DNA of 64,000 bases from an uncultured Fibrobacter sp. (lineage in GTDB: Bacteria; Fibrobacterota; Fibrobacteria; Fibrobacterales; Fibrobacteraceae): assembly GCA_964587155.1 (NCBI GenBank), contig CAZPKF010000004.1, positions 63,752 to 127,751 of the forward strand. The letters are read 5' to 3'. Under the pieces are notes generated by a model. The model made no database searches, was not told the DNA's origin, and saw only the letters and a list, made by a program, of their open reading frames with translations. Both the position numbers and the translations under genes were made by a program. Positions 8,470-18,749 of this stretch are shown one piece after another (positions within the stretch are counted from its first letter, which is position 1; every line of letters starts with the position of its first letter).

Positions 8470-10239
8470 TTACCGTCCAAAATACACACCCTTGGGCAAG
8501 TCTTTTCCCGAACCGTTCCCGATTCGATGTCCGAGAGCGTCATAAATCCAATGAACACCGGCTCGTTGCACAGAAACAGTTCGAATCCGTCTTCGCATTC
8601 CCGCCGATGACTCCGACGACGAACTTTTCGCATCCGAAGCAGAACTGTTTTTTTCGTATTCCGAGGGCGAACAGCCTGTCCGGTAAACGTTCACCATGTC
8701 AAACGCTATCATGTCGATATTCGGGCCACCATCCTTTGTCGTTGATTGAATGGTCATCTGAAAATCCAAGGCATCCACCCAAGCACTGTCGATGTAAACC
8801 GTATCCCAGACATCCCAACTTCCCGTTGGAGGAAAAACAACGTCATAAGTCCCATTGTCAATGGTGAATTTCATGTCGCGGTTTGCCGCACCGTCAAAAG
8901 AGTAGCGAATCATTACCTTAGCATCCGAAGCGGACTGATCCGATGTGATATGGTAAACGGCAAAGCTGTTCGAATCATTTGCAATGTTGAAAAATCCAGC
9001 TCCCGTGTAGCCCTGATGATTTTCATCCGTCGTTCCCTGACCATGCTCCGGATAAGCCATGTCGATGGGAGATGGCCAATTGGAGCTTGCGATACCGTTA
9101 AAACAGATTTCTTGCCGGAAAGAGGAAGAAGACGCACTGGAACTGCTGAGTGCTGCAGATGAACTCGAAAGTTTTTCTTCTGCTCCATGTGATGTCGCCA
9201 CACAGGCGTTCCCCCCATCAAATACGGCTGTATAAGTGGCTGCGCGGTACAGCGTTTTCACCCCGTAATAATTGGAATCTTGCGAAAGCAATTGGCAATC
9301 GTCATCATACCAGCCCTTGAAAACCTTTCCAAAACTTCCCGGGCTGACATGAAGAGAAAGCGGCGCGCCTCCCGGAAGTTCCTGCTGATGCGTGATGATT
9401 CCGTCGGCAGACGAAACGTTCGATTTGACAGACACCGTATAGCGTTTTTTTATCGCGGAAAGAAGTACACTCAAACGCGACTTGGATTCTGCGGAAAGGT
9501 AGTTTTCACCTATCAGCGCATTTTCCAATTCTTCGACAATCCACTGGCAATGCGAAATGGAACCGGATTCTTGAAAGTGCGTCGTCCCGTCATTTGTCAC
9601 GCCATCGGGATAATTCGGATATTCTCCGGGCAAGAAATACTTGAACTGATAACGGGAAACATAAGCCGCGTTCCAATTCTTGCTGTATGCGTTGTACGAT
9701 TTACTGTTCAAGTCCACAAAAGGGATTTGGTTCGATCGGGCAAGTTCTTCCATTTTTCCGCGGACGTTGTATTCGGTAAAGATATTGCGTCCGTTCGTTC
9801 CCATATTCATATTCATCGGAGAGACAAAGATGGGAGTCGCTCCGCGTTCTTTTGCCACATCCACATACTGCTGCAGCCAATAACCCAACGAATCCATTGG
9901 AACCTGCCGCGAATTATTTCCAAAAAAACGGTCATTGTGTCCGAATTGAACCATCACAAAATCGCCCGGCAAAATTTTCGATTTGAGATTTTCCAACCGA
10001 CCTTCTTGAATGAACGTTTTTGAACTGCGCCCGCCAAGCGCCACATTGTTGACTTTCACTTTGGAATCATCAAAAAAGCTTCCCAGAATCTGTCCCCAAC
10101 CGGTCTGCGGATAAGCCCGCGCCGCATAATTGCAAACCGTCGAATCTCCGATAACGTGAATCGTCACCACCGAAGAATCGCTTTGAGACAAAACGGTTAA
10201 TGCTCCAACCAAAAGAAGAGATGCCGCCCAGTTTTTCAC
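8470..10239 (-). CDS. SGNH/GDSL esterase (CE12 rhamnogalacturonan acetylesterase-like) with CBM6/35-like module and short T9SS-like C-terminal tail
   Basis: SGNH blocks IHVIGDSTV, LGGRSSKTF and QFGHNDR. CBM-like region NHQGYTGAGFFN...GGPNIDMIAF. Start reassigned to the GTG at 10239, which is preceded by AGGAGG at 10246-10251; the ORF-track start at 10305 would overlap the upstream gene. Confidence 0.8.
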   Translation of the reverse strand: MKNWAASLLLVGALTVLSQSDSSVVTIHVIGDSTVCNYAARAYPQTGWGQILGSFFDDSKVKVNNVALGGRSSKTFIQEGRLENLKSKILPGDFVMVQFGHNDRFFGNNSRQVPMDSLGYWLQQYVDVAKERGATPIFVSPMNMNMGTNGRNIFTEYNVRGKMEELARSNQIPFVDLNSKSYNAYSKNWNAAYVSRYQFKYFLPGEYPNYPDGVTNDGTTHFQESGSISHCQWIVEELENALIGENYLSAESKSRLSVLLSAIKKRYTVSVKSNVSSADGIITHQQELPGGAPLSLHVSPGSFGKVFKGWYDDDCQLLSQDSNYYGVKTLYRAATYTAVFDGGNACVATSHGAEEKLSSSSAALSSSSASSSSFRQEICFNGIASSNWPSPIDMAYPEHGQGTTDENHQGYTGAGFFNIANDSNSFAVYHITSDQSASDAKVMIRYSFDGAANRDMKFTIDNGTYDVVFPPTGSWDVWDTVYIDSAWVDALDFQMTIQSTTKDGGPNIDMIAFDMVNVYRTGCSPSEYEKNSSASDAKSSSSESSAGMRRRIRTVSVQRAGVHWIYDALGHRIGNGSGKDLPKGVYFGR

Positions 10240-10249
10240 AGATAACCTC

Positions 10250-12145
10250 CTAACGGACAAGCGCCCAATTGCCGCTGACCGCCGCCGACACCGTCCGAAG
10301 AACAATCCGATACACGCCAGCTCGGGAAACCCAGGAATGCAAAGGCAACGCCGAAGTCCCGGCAGAAAGAAAAACGTTTTTGTCCACCATCAAACGGCCC
10401 GACATGTCAAAGACTTGAACATTCACTTTTGCGGAAGCGGGAAGCGTCACCGCATTTCCGTTCAAGCGGAGTTTTCCCGGATTGCCGTTCGATTGAATTT
10501 TTTTCAAAGAGCCTTCGCCTGTTCCCGAAGAAGACGAAGATTCTGCAGACGATGATTCCGGGGGAACTTCCCCTTCTCCGCAAATAGTGTCGCCAGATGA
10601 AAGGATTCGACGGACTCCTTCGATGCTGAATCCAAAAGCGTCGATATTTGGGCCGCCATCAAATGTCATCGAAATCATCTTGAGCGATTCTTCCCCTTTT
10701 GCCAAGTCGATATTCACCCATGCCGTATCCCAAATGTCCCAACTTCCCGTCGATTTGAAATTCACATAATAATCGTGGTCCAAGTAAACATTCAGTTCCC
10801 GTTCCGTCGCTCCAGAAAACGAATACCGGATTCCCATCGTCACGTATCCCGCCGCAGGGAAAAGCATCCGGTATTCCGCAAAAGAATTCACCGCATTGTC
10901 AAAATTGAAAAATCCCATTCCCGTATAATCTTTGTGGTTGTTTTCCGAAAATCCTTTTCCGGAATCCGGAGCGTAAGCATCGAACCAGCTGACGATATTC
11001 TTGTCGTACGAAACCGCCGTATCGATTGTAATTGAGCCCGTTTGTTTCGCTTCTTCAAGAGTACGCGGCGTTCCCATAGGGAACGCTTTACGGGCCGCAC
11101 CGTCTCCCGTGTAAAGGAGAGCTTCTCCGCCGCTGTAAACCGCCGTATATTGCGTTGACGCATTTTGCATCGTCAACGTACAAATGTAAGGCGAAGCCAC
11201 CGCAGATTGGGAATTCGAACATTTGTTGCCTTTGCCGTCATACCATCCCAAAAAAACTTTTCCCGTTTTCGGAGTCGTTTTCAACGTCACAGGCATTCCC
11301 GCCGGATAATACGAGCTCAACGTTGTGACAGAATCCGAACCTTCCGGACTGATTTTCACATCGAGCTGGTACATCGGAGCTAGATACTTGGAAAGCGCAC
11401 GCACGTTCGCATCGGCATGATTCCGCATTTGTTCCGTTGTAATTCGCCCAAAGACAGTCGCTCCGTTTTGCTGCAAATGAAGATTATCCGAATTCCCTTT
11501 CACATAAGTTGAATATTCCCCCGAATCCAAATACATGTTCACATAGTGGAGCGCGTAAAATTGTCCCACCGAAAGCAGATAGTTGCGCGAAAGCGTGTCC
11601 ATGTCAATCAGCGGAATGTTCAAATCCGCCGCAATTTCCCTTGCGCGAATGGGGTAACCGTGATAGGATTCATAAATGGAATCATGAACGCCCACCGCCG
11701 ACTGGCTAAACCGGAAATCACTTCGCCGAACTGGATTGATGATAATCGGACGTGCGCCTTTTTCGAGCGCCTCTTGAGCCATCGCCGTCGTCGCTGTCAC
11801 AAAATCATTTTCATTGCTGTAAGAGCGGTCGTTGATTCCAAATTGGATAATCACAAAATCGCCGGGCTGAAGTTTCGACTTGACATCCGGCCAAAAACTG
11901 TTGTAATAGCCCATGGCGTAAGTTCCGCCCTTTCCCACGTTCACCACATTGACAAAGTCCGCATTCCAAAAGTAACTGAAATCCTGACCGATACCGCGCT
12001 TTGGATAATAACCGTCCGCCCAATCCTGCATTGTCGAATCGCCGCAAAGATAAATGGTTATTTTGGCCCAGACCGCCACAGAAAAAATCAAAGTCAAAAC
12101 GATTGCCGATTGCCAAATCCTTTCACCCAATTTTCGCATGTACAT
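10250..12145 (-). CDS. SGNH/GDSL esterase (CE12-like) with CBM6/35-like module and T9SS-type C-terminal domain
   Basis: Motifs IYLCGDSTM, VGKGGTYA and QFGINDR. CBM-like NHKDYTGMGFFN...GGPNIDAFGF. C-terminus VNVQVFDMSGRLMV...AGVYRIVLR. The start could instead be the ATG at 12139. Confidence 0.8.
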   Translation of the reverse strand: MYMRKLGERIWQSAIVLTLIFSVAVWAKITIYLCGDSTMQDWADGYYPKRGIGQDFSYFWNADFVNVVNVGKGGTYAMGYYNSFWPDVKSKLQPGDFVIIQFGINDRSYSNENDFVTATTAMAQEALEKGARPIIINPVRRSDFRFSQSAVGVHDSIYESYHGYPIRAREIAADLNIPLIDMDTLSRNYLLSVGQFYALHYVNMYLDSGEYSTYVKGNSDNLHLQQNGATVFGRITTEQMRNHADANVRALSKYLAPMYQLDVKISPEGSDSVTTLSSYYPAGMPVTLKTTPKTGKVFLGWYDGKGNKCSNSQSAVASPYICTLTMQNASTQYTAVYSGGEALLYTGDGAARKAFPMGTPRTLEEAKQTGSITIDTAVSYDKNIVSWFDAYAPDSGKGFSENNHKDYTGMGFFNFDNAVNSFAEYRMLFPAAGYVTMGIRYSFSGATERELNVYLDHDYYVNFKSTGSWDIWDTAWVNIDLAKGEESLKMISMTFDGGPNIDAFGFSIEGVRRILSSGDTICGEGEVPPESSSAESSSSSGTGEGSLKKIQSNGNPGKLRLNGNAVTLPASAKVNVQVFDMSGRLMVDKNVFLSAGTSALPLHSWVSRAGVYRIVLRTVSAAVSGNWALVR

Positions 12146-12154
12146 TTTCTCCCT

Positions 12155-14770
12155 TTAAGGATTGACGATAAATTTTTTCTGGGCAACAGTCCGCAAGTCC
12201 AATGAAACATTCACCATGTACATTCCCGCAGACAGAGTCTCTTTGCGCAAGGGAAGCGTTGATTCCCCGGCAGGGACCTTTTCCGCATACGAGAAAATCT
12301 TTTTTCCATGCATATCGAACACAGAAACTGTTGCCAACCCCGCTTTATCCGTCCGCAACCGTTCTTGCGCAGGGTTAAAGTCGGCGGAAAATACGATATG
12401 TGAAGCTATGACGGTTGTTGAATCACCTCTGTTTTCACCCTCGCCAAAAACGGTTCCGAGTTTTCCTATCGAAGAGACATCAAAGGCAAACACGCAAATA
12501 TTCGGTCCGCCGTCTGTTGTCGCAGAAACAAATTCCACGTCAAAGTTTCCTTTCGGAACGGAAACTTTCACCAAAGCCGTATCCCAAACATCCCATCCTG
12601 TCGGCGGAAAACTGACCGTGTAACTGTTCGTTCCCACATTCACCACCATTCTGCGGTCTGCCGAGCCTCCGTTTGCAAAAACCACAGCGAGAGTCGCCGA
12701 CGTATCCGTTTTCGCCGTCAAAGAGTAAGAGGCAAAAGACCCCGCTTCGTTTGCGAAATTCCAATACGCCTTTCCCAAGAACCCGGCATGATCCGATTCC
12801 ACATATCCCGAGTTATTCGCGTCCGGTTCCGAAGCTTCGAATGTGGCCGCAAATTCAATGGACGCAGGAGCTTTTGACGAAGTGGCGACAACGGAAATTT
12901 CCGGCTTTTTCAAATTTTCTCCAACAAAATCAGGCAGGTAATAGCTCAAATGAGGCGGTTGATTGTAGCCTACATTTTGCCACGCAACGCTTTCGCGGTA
13001 TTGGCGGTCATGCATCAACGTGTAAACACGGTGCGGCGTTTCATAATTTGTCACAATGATGTTGACCACAGAAGGATCCGCGCCGTTTCGTACAATGAAT
13101 TCTTCGCGCCAATCTCCAAAAATATCTGCGACAATACAAGGATTCGCCTTGGTATAATTGTTCAACGTAGAACCGTTGATGTTGTAAAAGCTGAGGAAGC
13201 GTTGAACTTGCTTTGTCGTGGAATTCCATTTTTCCAGTTTACCGCCACTGCCGCCGCCTCCTGTCGCATCCAACAATTCGTCTTGCAAGTCTCCGTCAAA
13301 ATAAATGCGGAAATTATAAGAAGGCATAACTGCACTGAGAAGGGTGCCGTTTACCGTGCGAATTCCCCCCGAAGCGCCGCTCCACATTTCAAAGCCCCTA
13401 TTCGTGGAATCAATATCAGCAGCAAGTCCGCGACCATTGTCGCTGCCAACTTGCGCCGTTCCCCAAAGTACTTTTCCCTCTTTATCGCGGAGTTCATCGC
13501 TGTAAGGGGCTGTCGATTCTTCGTGGACATCCCAGACTTCCAAACCGGGATTGTCCGGGTCCATGTCAGAAAGGTGCATCGCATCTCCATGGCCAAATCC
13601 CGTCCTGTAACGCAACGTGCCGTCGTGATTCACTGCCGCGCTTCCAAAAACAATTTCATCAAATCCATCTCCGTCCAAATCGCCGACAGAAATATTGTGA
13701 TTGCCTTCTCCCCAAATACCGTTTTCCGCTTGGTTTCCCTTGTGAATCCAACGCTGAGTCAGATTCTTTCCGTCAAAGTCGAAGGCGACCATGTAAGCTG
13801 CCGCATAATAACCGCGGGTCATGATGAGGCTCGGATGGACTCCGTCAAGATAAGCGACCGCCGCAAGCATCCGTTCGGAGCGGTTTCCATATGTATCGCC
13901 CCAAAGATTCGTCTCTTCGCGGCCCGGAACGTAGTCTATCGTCGCCAGCGCTTCACCTGTTTTACCGCTGAACACGGTCAAATATTCATTGCCGCTCATT
14001 ATGCGGCCTGCCGGAGTGCGGTAGTCCGCCGAGGCTTTGCCAATGACATTTCCTTTCCCATCGACAGTGCCATCGCCTGTCTTCATCGCGACTTCGGCAA
14101 TGCCGTCTCCATCCAAATCATAAACGATGAACTGCGTATAATGCGCGCCGGCCCGGATGTTTTTTCCCAAATCAATGCGCCAAAGTTTTGTCCCATCCAT
14201 TTTATACGCATCGATGTAAACATTTCCCGTATAACCGTCATTCGCATTGTCCTTGGAATTCGACGGATCCCATTTGAGAATCAGCTCGTATTCGCCGTCC
14301 CCATCCAAATCGCCGACGCTCATGTCGTTAGGCGTATAGGAACATTTTACATTATCCGGCGTTTCCACACTGTCCGGAACATCCAAAAGAATGCTCTTGT
14401 AAGCGGCATGGCCATAGTTGTCCTTGTAATATTTGTCTAGAATGATAACGGCAGAAGATTCCACGCCCGATTCGTCTTTCAACGTGTAAACGCTTTCCGT
14501 CGAACCGGAAGCGTCGAGATACGATGTGGGGGAATTTCCCGAAATCTTCGCAATTTCCTTGCCATCCCGAAAAAGGGTGAACGTCGCCATCGGAGAATCC
14601 GTGCCAAGCAACCGCCAAGAGACAAACGCTCCCGTCCCCGCATTTGCCACCGAAAGTCCCCTGCCCAATTTTTCCATCTGAGACGCAGCAAACGATTCCG
14701 TCACAAGGCCGAATAAGAGCGCACTGCCGCACGCTCCTAAAGCAGCCCGTTTCAAATACTTTCCAAACAT
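12155..14770 (-). CDS. Rhamnogalacturonan lyase (PL11, YesW/YesX-like beta-propeller) with CBM-like module and T9SS-type C-terminal domain
   Basis: Repeated Ca-binding propeller motifs DLDGDGEYEL, DLDGDGIAEV and DLDGDGFDEI. CBM-like HAGFLGKAYWNF...TDGGPNICVFAF. C-terminus VSVFDMHGKKIF...AGMYMVNV. Internal Met start MFGKYLKRAALGACGSALLFG chosen because it gives a signal peptide. Confidence 0.85.
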   Translation of the reverse strand: MFGKYLKRAALGACGSALLFGLVTESFAASQMEKLGRGLSVANAGTGAFVSWRLLGTDSPMATFTLFRDGKEIAKISGNSPTSYLDASGSTESVYTLKDESGVESSAVIILDKYYKDNYGHAAYKSILLDVPDSVETPDNVKCSYTPNDMSVGDLDGDGEYELILKWDPSNSKDNANDGYTGNVYIDAYKMDGTKLWRIDLGKNIRAGAHYTQFIVYDLDGDGIAEVAMKTGDGTVDGKGNVIGKASADYRTPAGRIMSGNEYLTVFSGKTGEALATIDYVPGREETNLWGDTYGNRSERMLAAVAYLDGVHPSLIMTRGYYAAAYMVAFDFDGKNLTQRWIHKGNQAENGIWGEGNHNISVGDLDGDGFDEIVFGSAAVNHDGTLRYRTGFGHGDAMHLSDMDPDNPGLEVWDVHEESTAPYSDELRDKEGKVLWGTAQVGSDNGRGLAADIDSTNRGFEMWSGASGGIRTVNGTLLSAVMPSYNFRIYFDGDLQDELLDATGGGGSGGKLEKWNSTTKQVQRFLSFYNINGSTLNNYTKANPCIVADIFGDWREEFIVRNGADPSVVNIIVTNYETPHRVYTLMHDRQYRESVAWQNVGYNQPPHLSYYLPDFVGENLKKPEISVVATSSKAPASIEFAATFEASEPDANNSGYVESDHAGFLGKAYWNFANEAGSFASYSLTAKTDTSATLAVVFANGGSADRRMVVNVGTNSYTVSFPPTGWDVWDTALVKVSVPKGNFDVEFVSATTDGGPNICVFAFDVSSIGKLGTVFGEGENRGDSTTVIASHIVFSADFNPAQERLRTDKAGLATVSVFDMHGKKIFSYAEKVPAGESTLPLRKETLSAGMYMVNVSLDLRTVAQKKFIVNP

Positions 14771-14891
14771 CCAATCCTTCCTGTCAAAGGTTTCATTTAA
14801 AATATCTTTGAAAAATTCCGCACAGAATATTTCCCCTTCAAAACCGAAGTCCAAAGACAACGCTTGTTAAATCGCGTTTACAAAAGTGTCA

Positions 14892-16586
14892 TCAAGGCAA
14901 TGCGCTTGGCACAGGCCAACGCTGCGCAGGATTCTGGTTCGCATAAGAAGCCTTCACCCAATCCGCTGAACGCGGAACGCGGCTCACGTGCAATTCGTCA
15001 ATGACGCCTTGGAAACGGTGCGTGACCGTATTTGTCGCCGAATCCGCCGGGTAAACCAGCTCTCCGATCACAAAAAGACTGTCCGCAATCCGGGATTTTG
15101 TGCTCGTTCCAATCCGCGCCGACGAAACCGTCAGCGAATCGTTCACATACATGACCGTTTTTCCCGTATCCTGCACCACCGTAAGGAATGTCCACACGCC
15201 CGCTTCAGCCGTCGAGTCGCAATACCAGTAACGCGTCGATGCGGTCGTCGAATCTTGGCCTAGGATTTCATCCGAAAAAGCTTCGTAGAGCCACAGGGAT
15301 TCCGTACCGTTCAAATACGACAGATGGTATTGGGACGCGCCTTTGCCAAACACCACCCGGGATTTTTCCAAATTTTCCATTTTCACCCAGACCGAAAACG
15401 TGATGGGATCCTTTACGGTCACGTTAAAATCGTCGTCCGCAGAATTTGGAATGCGGATAGAGCTTTTCTTTCCATCGTAATACAGCGCAGAACCGGCAAC
15501 GGCTTCATCGGCGACAGCCATATTCTTCGGTTCCCCGTCAAAAGAATTTCCGGTCGCATCCCAAACAGAATCTGCTCCTTCATCAAAATGCCATGCGGCG
15601 ATATAGCTGTCTGCAAAAACGTTTACGTCTGAATTCCTTTGCACAGAATCTTTTTCCGTAAAATACAGGAACAGGGAATCTTTCGTCCCAGAACGGAGCT
15701 TCGGAATCCGCGTCCAGAACGTAAATTTTCCGGCCCGGACATCTGAATACGAAAGATTCAACGAGAGCGTGTCGCCGCAAAGAACGGCATACCACACGCC
15801 CTGAATGCGTTCCATCCCAGAGAAATCATAATCCGAAGAATCCAAGCTGAGCTTCAGCGGAAAATTCAACAAATTTTCCGAAACGCCAACGTCAGCCGTA
15901 TTCAAAAGGAACTTGAACCCAAACGAAACCCGTTCTGCATCGACATCCACAACGGAATCCGCCACGACAAGCACTCCTTCTTTTAACGAAAGCGAATAAC
16001 CATCGTCAGAAACAAAGACTAACGGAGAAAGGGAATCTGCCGGGAGGGAATCCACAAAAATGTTCCCCATTTCAACCGTTACCGCCCGAAGAATCGTCGT
16101 CCCGGGAACCGTGACAAATCCTGTCGTTCCATCTTTGAATCCGTGGGCGCCCAGGCGCACGCTGCCCGTATTTTCCAAAACACCGTCTAGTTCGATGACC
16201 GCCGAATCCTTGACGCCGATTCCCAGCTTCAAGAACATCTGTCCCGAAGCAGAATCCAACGCTTCCAACGAAAATTCGCCCTCAGGAACCCGATTAAAAG
16301 AATAACGGCCCAACGAATCGGTTTTTGCCGTCCACGAAGAATCCAGCATTTCGCCAGAAAGCGCAGAATATTCGGCAGGCACCAAAGAGACGCGAACTTT
16401 CGCCGCCAGCTCCCCATTTGAAAAACGAAGTACTCCCGCGATTTCCGGATTCCCGGACTCCGCGCTATTCCCCAAAGCCGTCGTTTCCGACGAAGAACAC
16501 GCCCAAAAAGCAAATACCGACAAAAGCGCACAGAAAAAGGTTCCGGCATTTTTAATCCAATTCGCATTTTTTCGCATAAATTCCAT
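14892..16586 (-). CDS. Lipoprotein with CarboxypepD_reg-like, DUF2341-like and LamG (concanavalin-like lectin) domains
   Basis: Lipobox FAFWAC. GVLRFSNGELAAKVRVSLVP...GRYSFNRVPEGEF (carboxypeptidase regulatory-like). LNFPLKLSLDSS...FWTRIPKL...LFLYF (DUF2341-like). AWHFDEG...GNSFDG...ALYYDG (LamG-like). Confidence 0.7.
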   Translation of the reverse strand: MEFMRKNANWIKNAGTFFCALLSVFAFWACSSSETTALGNSAESGNPEIAGVLRFSNGELAAKVRVSLVPAEYSALSGEMLDSSWTAKTDSLGRYSFNRVPEGEFSLEALDSASGQMFLKLGIGVKDSAVIELDGVLENTGSVRLGAHGFKDGTTGFVTVPGTTILRAVTVEMGNIFVDSLPADSLSPLVFVSDDGYSLSLKEGVLVVADSVVDVDAERVSFGFKFLLNTADVGVSENLLNFPLKLSLDSSDYDFSGMERIQGVWYAVLCGDTLSLNLSYSDVRAGKFTFWTRIPKLRSGTKDSLFLYFTEKDSVQRNSDVNVFADSYIAAWHFDEGADSVWDATGNSFDGEPKNMAVADEAVAGSALYYDGKKSSIRIPNSADDDFNVTVKDPITFSVWVKMENLEKSRVVFGKGASQYHLSYLNGTESLWLYEAFSDEILGQDSTTASTRYWYCDSTAEAGVWTFLTVVQDTGKTVMYVNDSLTVSSARIGTSTKSRIADSLFVIGELVYPADSATNTVTHRFQGVIDELHVSRVPRSADWVKASYANQNPAQRWPVPSALP

Positions 16587-16626
16587 ATACTATCTAAAAA
16601 TATACATTGCCATTTTCAAAATTGTT

Positions 16627-17040
16627 TCAAAAAAGTCCGCTAGCGTTGTCCATGGACAATCCTCGACAACGGAAGGCGTTTTCTTTTGAACAGCGCCTAG
16701 ATTCCACGATGCTTTTCCACAAGCTGTCGTAAAGCGCATACAGGCGTTGCGTCCCGTTTTCGAGTATATAATAATGGCGAATATAGGGAACGAGAAGCAG
16801 CAAAAATAGCAGATCCAGCGCAAACAGTGGCAACGAAGGAAAAACGGAAAAGAACAAAGTCGTTCCCACAAACAACAAAGCGAAAAGTAGCGTCACGAGC
16901 AAATGCACAAGGCGCTCATGTTGGAAAAAACGGATTTGCACAAGCAAATCGGCCAATGCAGCTTCCTTGTCTTCGGGCGAAACCTCCCCGTTGACAATCC
17001 TCTCGACAGAGGCGATATATTTCAAAAGGCGCACTTTCAT
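16627..17040 (-). CDS. Small hypothetical membrane protein
   Basis: Internal ATG at 17040 gives MKVRLLKYIAS.... Two hydrophobic spans (LVHLLVTLLFALLFVGTTLFF and LPLFALDLLFLLLLVPYI). Lies 40 nt upstream of the LamG gene on the same strand. Confidence 0.5.
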   Translation of the reverse strand: MKVRLLKYIASVERIVNGEVSPEDKEAALADLLVQIRFFQHERLVHLLVTLLFALLFVGTTLFFSVFPSLPLFALDLLFLLLLVPYIRHYYILENGTQRLYALYDSLWKSIVESRRCSKENAFRCRGLSMDNASGLF

Positions 17041-17080
17041 CAAAAACCTTCTTCCAAAACTTACTATCTTTTGAGACGAA

Positions 17081-17989
17081 ATGCAAGAAATCAGGTCCCT
17101 GCACAACGCTTTGCGCCAAGTCCGCCATCATGTCGGTAAAGTCCAAATCTGTGGATTTTCCGTTTCAGGGCTAGCCTCTTATACACAACTCCCAGAATTC
17201 GATTTTTGCGTCGATATGGGAGAATGCCCTGTATCCGCCATCGGCATCAACCACATTTTTTTGACCCACGCTCACGGCGACCACAGCCGCTGCCTGATGC
17301 GTCACCACAGTCTGCGCCGGATGATGGGCGTAGAACGTCCCTCCGTCTATTACATGTCCGAGGATTTGGTCCCCGGTGCCGAAAAATGGATCCATGCCGA
17401 AGCCCAATTCGAAGGCGTTCCCGAAAGCCGGTTCAAATTGCCAGAACTCGTTCCCATGGCGCCTGGCAAAATCACGCCGCTGCGCTACCGCAAGGATCTG
17501 GCCATTCGGGCGTTTCCCGTACAACACGCCCAAATCGGAAAGCAGCATTTCTTGCCCTCCATGGGCGTAACCCTTTACAACCACAAGAACAAACTCAAAG
17601 AAGAATTTTTGGGCTGCGATGCCTCAGAAATCATCGCCTTGCGGAAAAAAGGAGTCAACGTCACCCGAGAAGTCTTTTCCCCCGTCATCACTTTTATGGG
17701 GGACTGCCTCGGAAGCAACCTGGAATCAATTGAATCCATTTGGGAATCCGAAATCTTGGTCACCGAGTGCACATTTGTCGATAACGGCGAAGAATCCATG
17801 GCAGAAAAAAAAGGCCACACCCACATTTCTCAAATTGCGAAAGCCTTGGAACGGTTCGGTTCCCAGATGAAATGCAAACACATCGTACTGAACCATTTTT
17901 CCATGAAGTATTCCGCAGACCACATTCTCGAAGCCATCCGGGAAAAAATCCCAGAAGCGCTCCAAGACAAAGTTATTGCATTTATTTAA
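17081..17989 (+). CDS. Metallo-beta-lactamase-fold hydrolase, RNase Z/BN-like
   Basis: HxHxDH motif in IFLTHAHGDHSRC. The size and downstream His and Asp residues are consistent with tRNase Z-type MBL proteins. Confidence 0.75.
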   Translation: MQEIRSLHNALRQVRHHVGKVQICGFSVSGLASYTQLPEFDFCVDMGECPVSAIGINHIFLTHAHGDHSRCLMRHHSLRRMMGVERPSVYYMSEDLVPGAEKWIHAEAQFEGVPESRFKLPELVPMAPGKITPLRYRKDLAIRAFPVQHAQIGKQHFLPSMGVTLYNHKNKLKEEFLGCDASEIIALRKKGVNVTREVFSPVITFMGDCLGSNLESIESIWESEILVTECTFVDNGEESMAEKKGHTHISQIAKALERFGSQMKCKHIVLNHFSMKYSADHILEAIREKIPEALQDKVIAFI

Positions 17990-17996
17990 GGTCTAT

Positions 17997-18743
17997 ATGA
18001 GCGAAAACATCCCACAACCGGAAGAATCCTTACAAAAAAAAGAAACCGTCATCCCCGAATTTTATCGGGACTTGAAGCGCGATGCGGATTTTCCCTGCCT
18101 TTGGCATTTTGTCCACCGCCACATTCCCGGCACGCGAAAGCCCATCCAGACCGAGGGCAACGTTCCCGACAGCCATCCGTTGGACTGGGCAGAAATTTTT
18201 CCCAAAAACGATGGGCATATTGAAATTGAAATCGGTTCGGGCAAAGGCGGATTTCTCGTCGAATACGGAAAACGGCACCCGGAGCTGTGCATTCTCGGCA
18301 GCGAATGGGATTTGACCTGGGCGCATTACGCCGCTAGCCGCGAAATGCGGAACGGTGTTGGCGAAAACACAGCCATGCTCCGCGGAGATGTCTTCTACTT
18401 TTTGAGGGACCGCGTCAAAGCAAACACTGTCGATGCGTTCCACATGTATTTTCCGGATCCTTGGCCCAAAGAGCGCCACCACAAGAACCGCCTTTTGCGG
18501 ACGGAGTTCCTCACCGAAGTCGCCCGTGTACTGAAACCCGGCAAGCGTCTGTTCCACTGGGGAACAGACCACAAGGAATACAACGAAATCGCCCTGGATA
18601 TTTTTGACCACTTCCCCGGTGCAACCGTTTTGGAACGCAATACGGCGCTCCCCACCGAAGGCATCATGACGAATTTTGAAAAAAAATACCGGGCAGAGGG
18701 CCGTCCCATCTACCGCAGCATCATTGAATTTGACAAGGCTTGA
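17997..18743 (+). CDS. trmB: tRNA (guanine46-N7)-methyltransferase
   Basis: IEIEIGSGKGGFLV and FHMYFPDPWPKERHHKNRLL are typical TrmB motifs. The ATG at 17997 follows the upstream stop at 17987-17989. Confidence 0.9.
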   Translation: MSENIPQPEESLQKKETVIPEFYRDLKRDADFPCLWHFVHRHIPGTRKPIQTEGNVPDSHPLDWAEIFPKNDGHIEIEIGSGKGGFLVEYGKRHPELCILGSEWDLTWAHYAASREMRNGVGENTAMLRGDVFYFLRDRVKANTVDAFHMYFPDPWPKERHHKNRLLRTEFLTEVARVLKPGKRLFHWGTDHKEYNEIALDIFDHFPGATVLERNTALPTEGIMTNFEKKYRAEGRPIYRSIIEFDKA

Positions 18744-18749
18744 CCGGAT

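Noticed and set aside
10240-10305. Upstream extension of the CE12-A ORF (MFFGRCRRRSAAIGRLSVRRLS).
   Set aside because: It would overlap the 3' end of the preceding esterase gene by 56 nt. A GTG at 10239 with an AGGAGG Shine-Dalgarno sequence yields a proper signal peptide.
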